A stretch of 64,000 nucleotides of DNA from Candidatus Levyibacteriota bacterium (GTDB lineage: Bacteria > Patescibacteriota > Microgenomatia > Levybacterales > UBA12049): the NCBI GenBank assembly GCA_029260965.1, contig JAJDCG010000001.1, positions 184,012 through 248,011 of the forward strand, given 5' to 3'. The notes under the pieces are model-generated. The model did not search any database, was not told where the DNA came from, and saw only the letters and a list, made by a program, of their open reading frames with translations. Positions 9,958 through 19,598 of the stretch are shown here, one piece after another. Both the position numbers and the translations under genes were made by a program. Every line of letters begins with the position of its first letter. The stretch's first letter is position 1.

Positions 9958-10263
9958 ATGAAATTATTAAAAGGAGATACAGTAAAGGTGATAAGAGGAA
10001 AAGACAAAGGTAAGACAGGTAATGTTGATAAGACTTTACCCAAAAAAGGTAAGGTTGTTGTGGAGGGTGTAAATCAATACAAGAGGCATGTAAAGGCAAG
10101 GACAGAGGGTCAAAAATCGGAGATAATAACACTCACAAAGCCCTTGTCAGTTATGAATGTTATTCTGGTTTGTCCAAAGTGTAAAAAGTCAACAAGAGTG
10201 GGCTACAAAGTGTTGAAGGATTCAAAAACAAGAGTTTGTAAAAAGTGTAATAAAGAAATATAA
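9958..10263 (+). CDS. rplX: 50S ribosomal protein L24 (KOW domain) carrying a C-terminal CxxC...CxxC zinc-ribbon-like motif
   Basis: The ORF track starts at an upstream out-of-context Met inside rplN. The ATG at 9958 gives MKLLKGDTVKVIRGKDKGKTG, the uL24 KOW N-terminus. C-terminus is CPKCKK...CKKCNK. Confidence 0.9.
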   Translation: MKLLKGDTVKVIRGKDKGKTGNVDKTLPKKGKVVVEGVNQYKRHVKARTEGQKSEIITLTKPLSVMNVILVCPKCKKSTRVGYKVLKDSKTRVCKKCNKEI

Positions 10264-10267
10264 AAAT

Positions 10268-10819
10268 ATGGAATTAAAAAATAGATATAAAAAAGAAATA
10301 GTTACTCTTCTTCAGAAGAATTTGGGTATTAAAAATTCTGCAGCTGTTCCCAAAATAATAAAAATTGTTGTCAATGTGGGCGTTAAGGATGCTGTTTCTG
10401 ATAAGAAAAATATAGAGCGAATGGTTCAAGTTATGTCTCAAATAACAGGACAGAAACCAAAGGTTACAAAAGCAAAAAAGGCAATTGCAGGATTTAAGTT
10501 GCGACAGGGGGATCCGATTGGTGTTGTTGTGACACTTAGGGGTGAGAGAATGTACGGATTTTTTGATAAGCTTGTGAAGATTGTTCTTCCTCGTATTAAA
10601 GATTTTAGGGGAGTAAAAAGAACAAGTTTTGATGGTTCAGGAAATTATACCTTGGGATTGCATGAATATTCTGTTTTTCCTGAAATTGATCCAGGTTCAG
10701 TTGATCGTCTCCAGGGTATTGAGGTGGTTATCGTTACAACTGCCAGAACGAATACTGAGGGAGTTGCGCTTCTGGAGTCAATTGGAATGCCTTTTGTTAA
10801 GGAGGTAAGTAAAAAATAG
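10268..10819 (+). CDS. rplE: 50S ribosomal protein L5
   Basis: 183 aa. uL5 family, spc operon position. Confidence 0.94.
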   Translation: MELKNRYKKEIVTLLQKNLGIKNSAAVPKIIKIVVNVGVKDAVSDKKNIERMVQVMSQITGQKPKVTKAKKAIAGFKLRQGDPIGVVVTLRGERMYGFFDKLVKIVLPRIKDFRGVKRTSFDGSGNYTLGLHEYSVFPEIDPGSVDRLQGIEVVIVTTARTNTEGVALLESIGMPFVKEVSKK

Positions 10820-10869
10820 GTAAATTGGTCTTAGATGTGTTATAATTCAAGGCTGGTAAATAAAATAAT

Positions 10870-11055
10870 ATGGCAAAAAAATCAAACGTAGTAAAATCAG
10901 CAATGAAACCCAAATTTTCATCTAGAAAGGTGAATAGGTGTGGGATATGTGGTCGTTATCGTGGATATATCCGTCGATTTGGACTTTGCAGAATTTGTTT
11001 TAGGGAGAGAGCCTTGAGAGGTGAGCTGCCTGGAGTTTTAAAAGCTAGTTGGTAA
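10870..11055 (+). CDS. rpsN: 30S ribosomal protein S14 type Z (zinc-binding)
   Basis: 61 aa. [23 protein letters not shown]: a short uS14 with a C4 motif. Confidence 0.93.
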   Translation: MAKKSNVVKSAMKPKFSSRKVNRCGICGRYRGYIRRFGLCRICFRERALRGELPGVLKASW

Positions 11056-11059
11056 AAAT

Positions 11060-11440
11060 ATGTATTACGATTTTATAATCAGACTTAAAAACGCATCGCT
11101 TGCAAGAAAGAAAAATCTTGTGACACCGTATGCGAATCTAAACAAAGCAATAGGAAAAGCTCTTGTTCGAGAGGGCTTCTTGGATTCCGTAAAGGATGAG
11201 ATAATTGATGGTCACAAGACATTATCTATTGATATACGCTATCAGAATAGAAGACCAGCGATAACAGATGTTTCTCTTGTATCAAAGCCCTCAATCAGGA
11301 AGTATGTTGCAAAGGATGAGATTAGGCGCGAGCAGGGATTTGGTACTGTTGTTGTACTATCAACGAATCAGGGTGTAATGACAGGGCGTGATGCCATCAA
11401 GAAAGGGATTGGAGGAGAGCTTTTATTTAAGATTTGGTAA
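11060..11440 (+). CDS. rpsH: 30S ribosomal protein S8
   Basis: 126 aa. uS8 family: NRRPAITDVSLVSKPSIRKYV...GFGTVVVLSTNQGVMTGRDAIKKGIGGELLFKIW. Confidence 0.94.
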   Translation: MYYDFIIRLKNASLARKKNLVTPYANLNKAIGKALVREGFLDSVKDEIIDGHKTLSIDIRYQNRRPAITDVSLVSKPSIRKYVAKDEIRREQGFGTVVVLSTNQGVMTGRDAIKKGIGGELLFKIW

Positions 11441-11451
11441 GTATTTAATAT

Positions 11452-11997
11452 ATGTCAAAAGTAGGAAAAGAACCGATACAGATAAAAGATGGAATAAACG
11501 TAACTGTTAATGGTCAGGATGTGGTTGTTACAGGTCCCAAGGGTAATGCTTCTTATCAGGTCTCTCAGGGAATTACGGTAAAGGTCGAGGATAGCAAGGT
11601 AATTGTCGATGCAATCCAAAAGCAAGACAAAAAAATAAGAGCACTTTTTGGGTTAACTCGTGCAATTCTTGCCAATATTATAAAAGGTGTAGATACAGGT
11701 TTTGAAAAGAAGCTAGAGCTAAAAGGTGTTGGATACAAAGCTCAGATGCAAGGAGTTGATTTGGTGTTATCACTTGGATTTGCTCATCCAGTTAAATTTA
11801 CTCCCAAACCGGGAGTAGTTGTTGCAGTTCAGGATAATGTGATTACTGTTTCGGGTCAAGATAAATCTCTTGTTGGAGATCTAGCAGACAAGATAAGGGC
11901 GGTTAAACCCCCAGAGCCGTATAAAGGGAAAGGTATCAGATATCAGGGAGAGTATATCAGAAGGAAAGCAGGAAAAGCAGTTAAGGCAGGAGCATAA
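11452..11997 (+). CDS. rplF: 50S ribosomal protein L6
   Basis: 181 aa. Two-domain uL6 (KPPEPYKGKGIRYQGE). Confidence 0.94.
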   Translation: MSKVGKEPIQIKDGINVTVNGQDVVVTGPKGNASYQVSQGITVKVEDSKVIVDAIQKQDKKIRALFGLTRAILANIIKGVDTGFEKKLELKGVGYKAQMQGVDLVLSLGFAHPVKFTPKPGVVVAVQDNVITVSGQDKSLVGDLADKIRAVKPPEPYKGKGIRYQGEYIRRKAGKAVKAGA

Positions 11998-12001
11998 AAT
12001 T

Positions 12002-12343
12002 ATGAATACTGATAAAAAAATAAGAAGACAAACAAGGATAAGAAAAAACATTGAGAATACAGCAGACAGAATGAGATTAAGCGTACATAGATCAAATCGC
12101 TATATGTATGCACAGGTTTTTGATAAATCCGGACAAGCTGTGATTGGTCTTTCTGAAAAAGTGATTGCAGGAAATGAGAAAATAAGCCCTCTGGAGAGAT
12201 CAAAAAAATTAGGCATGGAGATTGCAAAAAAAGCAGTTGCAAAAAAGATAAAAGAGGTAGCCTTTGATAAAGGTAGGTTTTCTTATCATGGAAGGGTTAA
12301 AGCTGTAGCGGAAGGAGCAAGAGAAGGAGGACTTAAGTTCTAG
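12002..12343 (+). CDS. rplR: 50S ribosomal protein L18
   Basis: 113 aa. uL18-like RLSVHRSNRYMYAQVFDKSGQAV...AFDKGRFSYHGRVKAVAEGAREGGLKF. Confidence 0.94.
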   Translation: MNTDKKIRRQTRIRKNIENTADRMRLSVHRSNRYMYAQVFDKSGQAVIGLSEKVIAGNEKISPLERSKKLGMEIAKKAVAKKIKEVAFDKGRFSYHGRVKAVAEGAREGGLKF

Positions 12344-12372
12344 GGACCAAAACTTAGAGCTAGTATAAATTT

Positions 12373-12870
12373 ATGAACGGTCAAAAAAGGTTTCAAAATC
12401 AAAGATCACAGAGCGAGTTTGATGAACAAGTTGTTCAAATAAATCGTGTTTCCAAAAAAACCAAAGGAGGCAACAAGGTTGGTTTTTCCGCACTTACAGT
12501 TGTGGGAGATAAAAAAGGTAAGGTAGGCGTAGGTCTTGGCAAGGCACCTGATGTTGCTTCTGCGATTAGAAAAGGGATGACTTATGCTAAAAAACATTTG
12601 GTGGAGGTACCTATTGTAAATGGAACTATACCCTTGAGAATTGACATTAAGCTTGGTGCAGCAAAGATTATGCTTAAGCCTGCGCCTCATGGTTCAGGTA
12701 TCATTGCTGGAGGTTCCGTGCGTTCAGTAGTTGAAGCTGCGGGAATTGAAAATATATCATCAAAAGTTTTGGGTACAAACAATAAAATAAGCAATATCTA
12801 TGCAACTCTAGAGGCGCTTAAAAAGGTAAGTAGCCAAGTTCAAAGACAGAAAGAAAGAACAGCGAAGTAG
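12373..12870 (+). CDS. rpsE: 30S ribosomal protein S5
   Basis: 165 aa. uS5 dsRBD plus C-domain (VVQINRVSKKTKGGNKVGFSALTVVGDKKGKVGVGLGKA). Confidence 0.95.
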   Translation: MNGQKRFQNQRSQSEFDEQVVQINRVSKKTKGGNKVGFSALTVVGDKKGKVGVGLGKAPDVASAIRKGMTYAKKHLVEVPIVNGTIPLRIDIKLGAAKIMLKPAPHGSGIIAGGSVRSVVEAAGIENISSKVLGTNNKISNIYATLEALKKVSSQVQRQKERTAK

Positions 12871-12892
12871 ATAGTATCAGAAGTTATTAATT

Positions 12893-13336
12893 ATGAATTT
12901 GAATAGTATAGAAAAGCTAAAAACTAAAAAGAAAAAACGGTTAGGTCTTGGTCATGGGTCAGGTCGTGGTAAGACATCGGGTCGTGGGACCAAGGGTCAA
13001 AAGGCAAGAAATAGCATACCACTTGATTTTGAAGGAGGTGCGCTCCCATTAACAAAACGGCTTCCATTTCTGAGAGGCAAAGGACGTAATAAGTCTCTTA
13101 GCAAAAACCCGTATATACTAAATGTAGGACTATTGAATATTTTCCCAAAAGGAAGTTCTATTGATATAGATTCATTAGCAAAAAAAAACTTGGTTGAGAT
13201 GGGGATAGCAAAAAAAGTTGGAGTTAAGATACTGGGAAGTGGAGATTTGAAAGTTGCATTAAAAGTAAAACTCTCCGTATCTAAAGGAGCAGAAGAAAAG
13301 ATTAAGAAAGCTGGAGGAGAGGTGCTGCAGTCTTAA
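12893..13336 (+). CDS. rplO: 50S ribosomal protein L15
   Basis: 147 aa. Gly/Arg-rich uL15 N-terminus ([23 protein letters not shown]). No L30 gene between rpsE and this gene. Confidence 0.93.
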   Translation: MNLNSIEKLKTKKKKRLGLGHGSGRGKTSGRGTKGQKARNSIPLDFEGGALPLTKRLPFLRGKGRNKSLSKNPYILNVGLLNIFPKGSSIDIDSLAKKNLVEMGIAKKVGVKILGSGDLKVALKVKLSVSKGAEEKIKKAGGEVLQS

Positions 13337-13355
13337 TACTTTAGTTGGTGTAAGC

Positions 13356-14651
13356 ATGTATAGTTTTTTAGATACACTTAAAAAAAGCGTCAAATCGCCT
13401 GAGGTGAGGCGTAAGATACTATTTACCTTAGGAATATTTTTGTTATTCCGTTTTTTAGCACATATACCTGTTGCTGGTGTGGATCTGGGGCAGTTAAAAA
13501 ACCTTTTTGCTGGTAATCAATTCCTCGGTCTTCTTAATATATTCTCAGGTGGGACGCTAGCCAATTTTTCCATAATGGCACTGGGTCTTGGTCCATATAT
13601 TAACGCAAGCATTATTATGCAGCTTTTGACAATGGTATTTCCAAAGCTTGAAGAGATGCAACAGGAGGGAGAATCGGGTCGTAAAAAAATTAGTCAATAT
13701 ACAAGATTTCTAACAATACCTTTGAGTGTACTTCAAACTATCGGAATGTATGCGCTCCTCAGATCGCAAGGGATTATAGGAGATTTATCACCTCTTTCAA
13801 TGATTTCATTTATTCTGACCATGACTGCGGGAACTATGCTCCTTGTTTGGTTGGGAGAGTTGATAACCCAGAAAGGGATTGGCAATGGAATTTCGCTTCT
13901 TATTTTTGGAGGAATAGTTGGTCAATTTCCTGTTGTTGTAGCACAAACTTTTTCAACAATTACACCTGAAACTATGACAAATACTTTGACATTTGTTGCG
14001 TTGGGTCTTGTGGTTATAGCAGCAGTTGTATTTATGACGGAGGCAACTAGACAGATTCCTGTTTATTATGCAAAGCGTGTTCGCGGGAATAGAGATCAGG
14101 GTGGAGAGGCAACTTATTTGCCTTTGAGACTTAATCAGGCAGGGGTAATCCCAATTATCTTTGCTGTCTCAATTGTTCTTCTTCCATCTCTTTTTGCTAA
14201 TTTTTTTGCCAGTTCTTCAAACGCAACCCTTGCAGGAATTGCCCGTAACCTGAATATTTGGTTTGCGCCAACTGGTATTTTTTATAATGTGTTTTATTTT
14301 CTTTTGGTTGTAGGATTTACATTTTTCTATACTGCAATTGTATTTAATCCCAAAAAAATCTCAGAACAAATTCAAAAACATGGTGGATTCATACCAGGAG
14401 TTAGGCCTGGTAGTCCAACTACAAAGTACCTTAATTATATTTTGACCCGTATTACCTTGGTGGGAGCTAGCTTTTTAGGCATGGTTGCTATACTTCCTGG
14501 GATTGCCAACGCCCTGACAGGCGTTCAGACACTGCTGCTTGGTGGTACAAGTATATTAATCGTGGTTGCGGTTGTCCTGGAAACATTTAAGGCAATTGAG
14601 GCAAATCTTGTGATGCGTAGCTACGATTCATACCTCGTAAATAAAAAATAA
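13356..14651 (+). CDS. secY: Preprotein translocase subunit SecY
   Basis: 431 aa, 10-TM architecture. SecY signature segments (GIMPYI-like [17 protein letters not shown]). Position after rplO. Confidence 0.95.
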   Translation: MYSFLDTLKKSVKSPEVRRKILFTLGIFLLFRFLAHIPVAGVDLGQLKNLFAGNQFLGLLNIFSGGTLANFSIMALGLGPYINASIIMQLLTMVFPKLEEMQQEGESGRKKISQYTRFLTIPLSVLQTIGMYALLRSQGIIGDLSPLSMISFILTMTAGTMLLVWLGELITQKGIGNGISLLIFGGIVGQFPVVVAQTFSTITPETMTNTLTFVALGLVVIAAVVFMTEATRQIPVYYAKRVRGNRDQGGEATYLPLRLNQAGVIPIIFAVSIVLLPSLFANFFASSSNATLAGIARNLNIWFAPTGIFYNVFYFLLVVGFTFFYTAIVFNPKKISEQIQKHGGFIPGVRPGSPTTKYLNYILTRITLVGASFLGMVAILPGIANALTGVQTLLLGGTSILIVVAVVLETFKAIEANLVMRSYDSYLVNKK

Positions 14652-14656
14652 TATTC

Positions 14657-15196
14657 ATGAAAATAATTTTAATTGGAGTACAAGGATCAGGCAAATCAAC
14701 GCAGGGAAATCTATTAAGCAAAAAACTTTCAGTTCCTTATGTGTCTATGGGTAGTATCTTTCGTGATATAGCCAGCAAGGATTCATCCTTAGGTAGAGAA
14801 ATAAAAAATACCATGAATGAAGGATTTCTAATTCCTGATGAGAAGACTATAGAAGTGTTGAGAGACTATTTGTCCAGCCCTGAGTACTCAAGTGGATATA
14901 TTTTGGATGGTTTTCCGAGAACGGTTGTTCAGGCAAAGGCTTTTGAGAGTGGTATTGATAGAGCTGTGTATCTGGAGCTTTCTGATGAGATTGCGCTTAA
15001 AAGGATCTCGGAAAGGTCAGAAAAGCGTGATGACGAGACACCAGGCGCAATCAAAAAAAGAATTGATTCCTTCCACAAATTTACCGAACCTGTTCTACAC
15101 CACCTTGAGGATAAAGGAATCCTTATAAGGGTTGATGGAGAGCAAAGCGTTGAAAAAATACACCAACATATAATTAAGGAGCTGGGTATTGCATGA
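14657..15196 (+). CDS. adk: Adenylate kinase (short form, no Zn lid)
   Basis: 179 aa. P-loop GVQGSGKSTQ and an NMP-binding region. Position after secY. Confidence 0.9.
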   Translation: MKIILIGVQGSGKSTQGNLLSKKLSVPYVSMGSIFRDIASKDSSLGREIKNTMNEGFLIPDEKTIEVLRDYLSSPEYSSGYILDGFPRTVVQAKAFESGIDRAVYLELSDEIALKRISERSEKRDDETPGAIKKRIDSFHKFTEPVLHHLEDKGILIRVDGEQSVEKIHQHIIKELGIA

Positions 15197-15876
15197 AGAA
15201 TGGATTTGTAATCGCAATAGATGGACCAGTTGCATCAGGCAAGGGTACTATTGCCAGAAAACTTTCTCAAAAAATAGATGCATTCTATCTTCATTCAGGT
15301 GCTATGTATAGGGTGGTTGCCTTGTTGGTGATAAGAAAAAATCTGAATTTGTTCGAAGAAGTGGAGGTTGAGTCGGTTTTTAATGATTTTGATATAAATC
15401 TTATTGGAGACAAAATTTTTATTAAAAATGAGGATGTCACAAGTAGAATAATAGAACCAGATACGTCAGAGGGCGCATCAGTTGTAGGAGTTTATCCAAA
15501 AGTTAGAAAATTTTTGGTTAGCAAACAGCGTCAGATAGGTCAGGAGTATGTAGCCAGAGGACAAATTGTGGTTGCAGAAGGTCGAGATATGGGAACAGTT
15601 GTTTTTCCTGATGCAAGATTTAAATTTTTTTTGACAGCTGATTTTGAGATTCGTGCCAGAAGGCGTTTTGAAGATTATCAAAAACGAGGGATCAACAAAA
15701 CCCTTTCTCAGATTATCGATGATCTAAAAATTCGGGATGAACGTGATACATATCGTAAATTGGGTGCACTTTCCAATGAGCCTGAAAGGGATGGATACGT
15801 AGTAGTTGATAGTTCAGCTATGAGTGTCACCGAGACGCTTGAGACGATATGGAATAAAATAAAGGAAGAAAATTAA
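15193..15876 (+). CDS. cmk: Cytidylate kinase
   Basis: 227 aa. IAIDGPVASGKGTIARKLS, the N-terminal signature of Cmk. Confidence 0.88.
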   Translation: MKNGFVIAIDGPVASGKGTIARKLSQKIDAFYLHSGAMYRVVALLVIRKNLNLFEEVEVESVFNDFDINLIGDKIFIKNEDVTSRIIEPDTSEGASVVGVYPKVRKFLVSKQRQIGQEYVARGQIVVAEGRDMGTVVFPDARFKFFLTADFEIRARRRFEDYQKRGINKTLSQIIDDLKIRDERDTYRKLGALSNEPERDGYVVVDSSAMSVTETLETIWNKIKEEN

Positions 15877-15877
15877 T

Positions 15878-16636
15878 ATGATAAAGTACAAAACCAAAGA
15901 AGAGGTTAAGGTAATGATCGAAGGGGGGCATATTTTGGCTGAGGTTGTCGCGCATGTCATGAATGCAATAAAGCCAGGTGTAACAGAGCTAGAGATAGAT
16001 ACCTTAGCAGAGAAGCTTATACGTGAGCGTGGTGGTGAGCCGGGTTTTAAGCGAGTTGAGGGTTATAAGCATAGTATTTGCATGTCAACAAATGATGTTG
16101 TAGTCCATGGAATACCTGGAGATTATGCATTCAAAGAGGGAGATGTGGTTGGGGTTGATTGCGGAGTTTTTTATAATGGATTTCATACAGACATGGCGGA
16201 AACCCTTCGGGTTTCCGAAAGCAAAAAGCAGGATGAAGTAGATAAATTTCTGGCGGTTGGAAAAGAAGCTCTGAATGCAGGAATTGCTGCTGCAAAGTTG
16301 GGGAACAGAGTTGGTCATATTTCAAAGACAATTCAGGATATCATTGAAAAGAAAAATAATTATTCTGTGGTTCGATCTCTGATCGGACATGGCGTAGGTC
16401 AAGACTTGCATGAGGATCCTGAAGTGCCTGGATATCTGCATGGCAGCATTGATCGTACTCCAATTTTGAAAGAGGGTATGACAATTGCAGTTGAGGTTAT
16501 CTACAATATGGGAAGTGGGGAAGTGGCTTTAGATTCTGATGGATGGACTATCAGATCCGAGGATGGGAAATTGGCGGGTCTTTTTGAACGCACTATAGCA
16601 ATAACCCAGAGTGGCCCCGTAATAATCACTGCCTAA
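15878..16636 (+). CDS. map: Methionine aminopeptidase type I
   Basis: 252 aa. Pita-bread fold metal-ligand motifs: D...D (GVDCGVFYNGFHTDMAETL), H (IGHGVGQDLHE), E. Confidence 0.93.
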   Translation: MIKYKTKEEVKVMIEGGHILAEVVAHVMNAIKPGVTELEIDTLAEKLIRERGGEPGFKRVEGYKHSICMSTNDVVVHGIPGDYAFKEGDVVGVDCGVFYNGFHTDMAETLRVSESKKQDEVDKFLAVGKEALNAGIAAAKLGNRVGHISKTIQDIIEKKNNYSVVRSLIGHGVGQDLHEDPEVPGYLHGSIDRTPILKEGMTIAVEVIYNMGSGEVALDSDGWTIRSEDGKLAGLFERTIAITQSGPVIITA

Positions 16637-16655
16637 AAATATACATTTGTGCATG

Positions 16656-16684
16656 TTGCTCTTTTGAGGCTGATTTGTTATAAT
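16656..16684 (+). promoter_or_regulatory. Candidate sigma70-type promoter upstream of infA (TTGCTC, 17 nt spacer, TATAAT)
   Basis: Read directly: ttgctc at 16656-16661, 17-nt spacer, tataat at 16679-16684, in the 66-nt map-infA gap. Confidence 0.4.
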
Positions 16685-16702
16685 GCTTGAATATATTAAT
16701 TT

Positions 16703-16921
16703 ATGGCTCATCAAGGCTCGTTTGAGACAGATGGAAAAGTGCTTGAAGCTTTGCCCAATACTCTTTTCAGGGTTGAGCTGGAAGATGGGTCTATAGTTGT
16801 TTGTCATTTATCTGGTAAGATGCGGATGCATTTTATAAAAATTTTACCAGGAGATCGCGTGAAGCTAGAAATGACCCCTTATGATCCTGGGAAAGGACGA
16901 ATAACATTTCGCTATCGCTAA
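16703..16921 (+). CDS. infA: Translation initiation factor IF-1
   Basis: 72 aa S1-like OB fold: [31 protein letters not shown]. Confidence 0.95.
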   Translation: MAHQGSFETDGKVLEALPNTLFRVELEDGSIVVCHLSGKMRMHFIKILPGDRVKLEMTPYDPGKGRITFRYR

Positions 16922-16981
16922 TGCGAATATATTGGGATTATTATCACGAATAAATACAAATATTTGTGTTAATTTATTATT

Positions 16982-17095
16982 ATGAAAGTTCAGGCTAGTG
17001 TTAAAAAAAGATGTTTAAAGTGTAAGATTGTAAAAAGACGCGGAGTTGTCAGGGTTACTTGCAGTAATCCACGGCATAAACAACGTCAGGGGTAA
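16982..17095 (+). CDS. rpmJ: 50S ribosomal protein L36
   Basis: Not in the ORF track (37 aa). [37 protein letters not shown] translated by eye, with a C-x2-C...C...H zinc motif, between infA and rpsM. Confidence 0.9.
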   Translation: MKVQASVKKRCLKCKIVKRRGVVRVTCSNPRHKQRQG

Positions 17096-17100
17096 TTTAT

Positions 17101-17514
17101 ATGAGAATTTCAGGAGTCACAATACCAGATGACAAACGAGTTGATATTGCTCTTACCTATATCTATGGAATAGGAAGGAGTAATGTGGGTCCAGTTCTTG
17201 CTGCAGCAAATCTAGATGGTGCCAAGAGAGCAAAGACTTTGACAGAGGATGAAGTAAAAAGTCTTACTAAGGTGCTTGAGAAATATAAAATTGAAGGAGA
17301 TTTAAGAGCAGATATTGCAGCAGACTTAAGACGTCTTAAAGAATCGGGAAGTTATAGAGGTGTTCGACATACTAGGGGTCTTCCATCTCGTGGCCAGCGA
17401 ACTCGTTCGAATGCAAGAACCAAAAGAGGAAAGAGGGTAACAATAGGTGCGATTAAGAAAGAGGTAGCAGCAAAGATGGAGACAGCTCAAAAATCAAAGG
17501 AGTCAGGTAAGTAA
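17101..17514 (+). CDS. rpsM: 30S ribosomal protein S13
   Basis: 137 aa. MRISGVTIPDDKRVDIALTYIYGIG, the uS13 N-terminus. Confidence 0.95.
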   Translation: MRISGVTIPDDKRVDIALTYIYGIGRSNVGPVLAAANLDGAKRAKTLTEDEVKSLTKVLEKYKIEGDLRADIAADLRRLKESGSYRGVRHTRGLPSRGQRTRSNARTKRGKRVTIGAIKKEVAAKMETAQKSKESGK

Positions 17515-17515
17515 T

Positions 17516-17920
17516 ATGGCAACAAAGCAGACAAAAAAAACAACAAAAACAAAAAAGAAAACAAGCGTAGTTGTTGGCGATCTTGGCAGAGTTTATGTGA
17601 CTTCGACCTTTAACAATACGCTCATAACAGTAACAAATGATAAGGGGGATACGCTTGGATGGAGTTCTTCAGGTCACAAGGGTTTTAAGGGCGCACGTAA
17701 GTCAACTCCATATGCTGCTAGTCTTGCAGCAGAAGAGTTATTGAGAAAGATTATAGCAAAAGGACTTAAGGCTGTAGATGTTTTTATAAAAGGACCAGGG
17801 AATGGTAGAGAGTCATCGCTCCGAGGCATAAAAGCAGCAGGTATAACAATAAATTCGATTTCAGACATAACACCTATGCCACATAATGGGCCAAGGGCAA
17901 AGAATAAAAGAAGGGTATAG
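17516..17920 (+). CDS. rpsK: 30S ribosomal protein S11
   Basis: 134 aa. uS11 core (GRVYVTSTFNNTLITVTNDKGDTLGWSSSG). Confidence 0.95.
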   Translation: MATKQTKKTTKTKKKTSVVVGDLGRVYVTSTFNNTLITVTNDKGDTLGWSSSGHKGFKGARKSTPYAASLAAEELLRKIIAKGLKAVDVFIKGPGNGRESSLRGIKAAGITINSISDITPMPHNGPRAKNKRRV

Positions 17921-17964
17921 TTTGTGGGTGTAAAGTTGAGAAGATTACAAATTATAATTTAATT

Positions 17965-18567
17965 ATGGCAAGATATACAGGACCAAAACATAAAATCGCA
18001 AGAAGAGAGGGTATTAATATACTTGAGAAGACTTCTGCTTCCTTAATGAGGAGGCTCAATACTCCACCTGGTGTTCATGGTGGAAAAAGAAGAAGACGAC
18101 TGTCTGAGTTTGGTACGCAGTTGAGAGAAAAACAAAAAGCAAAAGCGATGTATGGACTTTTAGAGAAACAGTTTAAAAAGTTGGTTTTGGAGGTTTCTTC
18201 GCAAAAAGGAGACACAGAAGAGTTGCTAATAGGGTTTTTAGAAACAAGGCTTGATAATCTGGTTTATAGGTTGGGTCTTGCCAGGTCAAGGATGATGGCA
18301 AGACAAGCTGTTACCCATGGCCATGTGTTAGTGAACAACAAGAAGATGACCATCCCATCATATACAGTAAAAGCTGGGGATGTGGTTTCTATTGGTGATA
18401 AAATGCAGAAAAATCCTGATATAGAAAATCTTATTGCAGAGAAAAACGAGCCACTTTCTTTCTTGGAAAAGAAAGGTTTTGTAGGTAGGTTAAAAAGAAT
18501 GCCAAGCGTTGAAGATGTCAAGCCGCCATTTAGTACAAGACAGATTATTGAATATTATTCAAGATAG
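17965..18567 (+). CDS. rpsD: 30S ribosomal protein S4
   Basis: 200 aa. MARYTGPKHKIARREG N-terminus and an S4 RNA-binding domain. Confidence 0.95.
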   Translation: MARYTGPKHKIARREGINILEKTSASLMRRLNTPPGVHGGKRRRRLSEFGTQLREKQKAKAMYGLLEKQFKKLVLEVSSQKGDTEELLIGFLETRLDNLVYRLGLARSRMMARQAVTHGHVLVNNKKMTIPSYTVKAGDVVSIGDKMQKNPDIENLIAEKNEPLSFLEKKGFVGRLKRMPSVEDVKPPFSTRQIIEYYSR

Positions 18568-18585
18568 TGTTACAATACAATCCTT

Positions 18586-19515
18586 ATGAATGATTTAGAT
18601 TTTAAAGTTAAACAAATTTCTGATAATCCCGATTTCGGGGAATTCGTTGTAGAACCCCTTGAGCCAGGTTATGGTCATACGATGGGAAATGCTTTAAGAC
18701 GTGTACTCTATGCGTCAATTCCTGGAGCGGCTGTTACGCAGGTTAGGATAGCTGGTGTTAAACATAAGTTTTCAACGCTTACAGGATTGAGAGAAAATAT
18801 AGTTGATCTTCTTCTCAATGTTAAAGAATTAAATTTTAAAATGGATGGTAATAAGACAGAGGCTGTTATTAAGCTCTCTGCAAAAGGCACAAAGAATGTA
18901 ACAGCGAAAGATCTTCAACTTCCAGATGGTGTTGAGGTGATTAATAAAGATCAGCATATAGCATCTCTTTCTGGTGATAAAGCAAAGTTGGAGATGGAGT
19001 TAACCCTTGAGAAGGGTTATGGTTTTTCTTTAGCAGAGGAGAGAAAAGCAGAAACACTGGGTACCATTACAACTGATGCTGTATTTACTCCTGTGAAGCG
19101 TGTGACTTACGAGGTTGTTGCAACTCGTGTGGGACGTAGGACTGACCTTGATAAATTGGTTTTGAAAATCTGGACCAACGGTGGTGTAGTTGCAAAGGAA
19201 GCACTTGAGACAGCTTCCAAAGTTCTTGCTTCTCATTTTACACAGGTATTCGAGCCTACCAAGGCTGAAAAGACTGAAGAAAAGAAGGAATCTTCATCTT
19301 CGATATCAGCAGAGCTTTTGAATATGACAATAGATGAATTGGATCTTCCTACTCGTATATACAATAGTCTTAGAAACGGTGGAATTGAGACAATTGAGCA
19401 GCTTCTAGCACTGCCTAGAAAAGAGCTTATTACCATGCGTAACATGGGCGGTAAATCAATAGGAGTAATCGAAGGAAAACTCAAAGAGCGAGGAATCAGT
19501 TTAGAAAACAACTAA
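18586..19515 (+). CDS. rpoA: DNA-directed RNA polymerase subunit alpha
   Basis: 309 aa. N-terminal dimerisation domain (FVVEPLEPGYGHTMGNALRRVL) and C-terminal alphaCTD (IDELDLPTRIYNSLRNGGIETIEQLL). Confidence 0.95.
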   Translation: MNDLDFKVKQISDNPDFGEFVVEPLEPGYGHTMGNALRRVLYASIPGAAVTQVRIAGVKHKFSTLTGLRENIVDLLLNVKELNFKMDGNKTEAVIKLSAKGTKNVTAKDLQLPDGVEVINKDQHIASLSGDKAKLEMELTLEKGYGFSLAEERKAETLGTITTDAVFTPVKRVTYEVVATRVGRRTDLDKLVLKIWTNGGVVAKEALETASKVLASHFTQVFEPTKAEKTEEKKESSSSISAELLNMTIDELDLPTRIYNSLRNGGIETIEQLLALPRKELITMRNMGGKSIGVIEGKLKERGISLENN

Positions 19516-19598
19516 AGTTAAATCCGAAATCCGAAATTCTGAAAAGGACCTGCCGAAATAGCAGTCAAAAGGTTTCGTGCTTCGGATTTTTGTTTATT

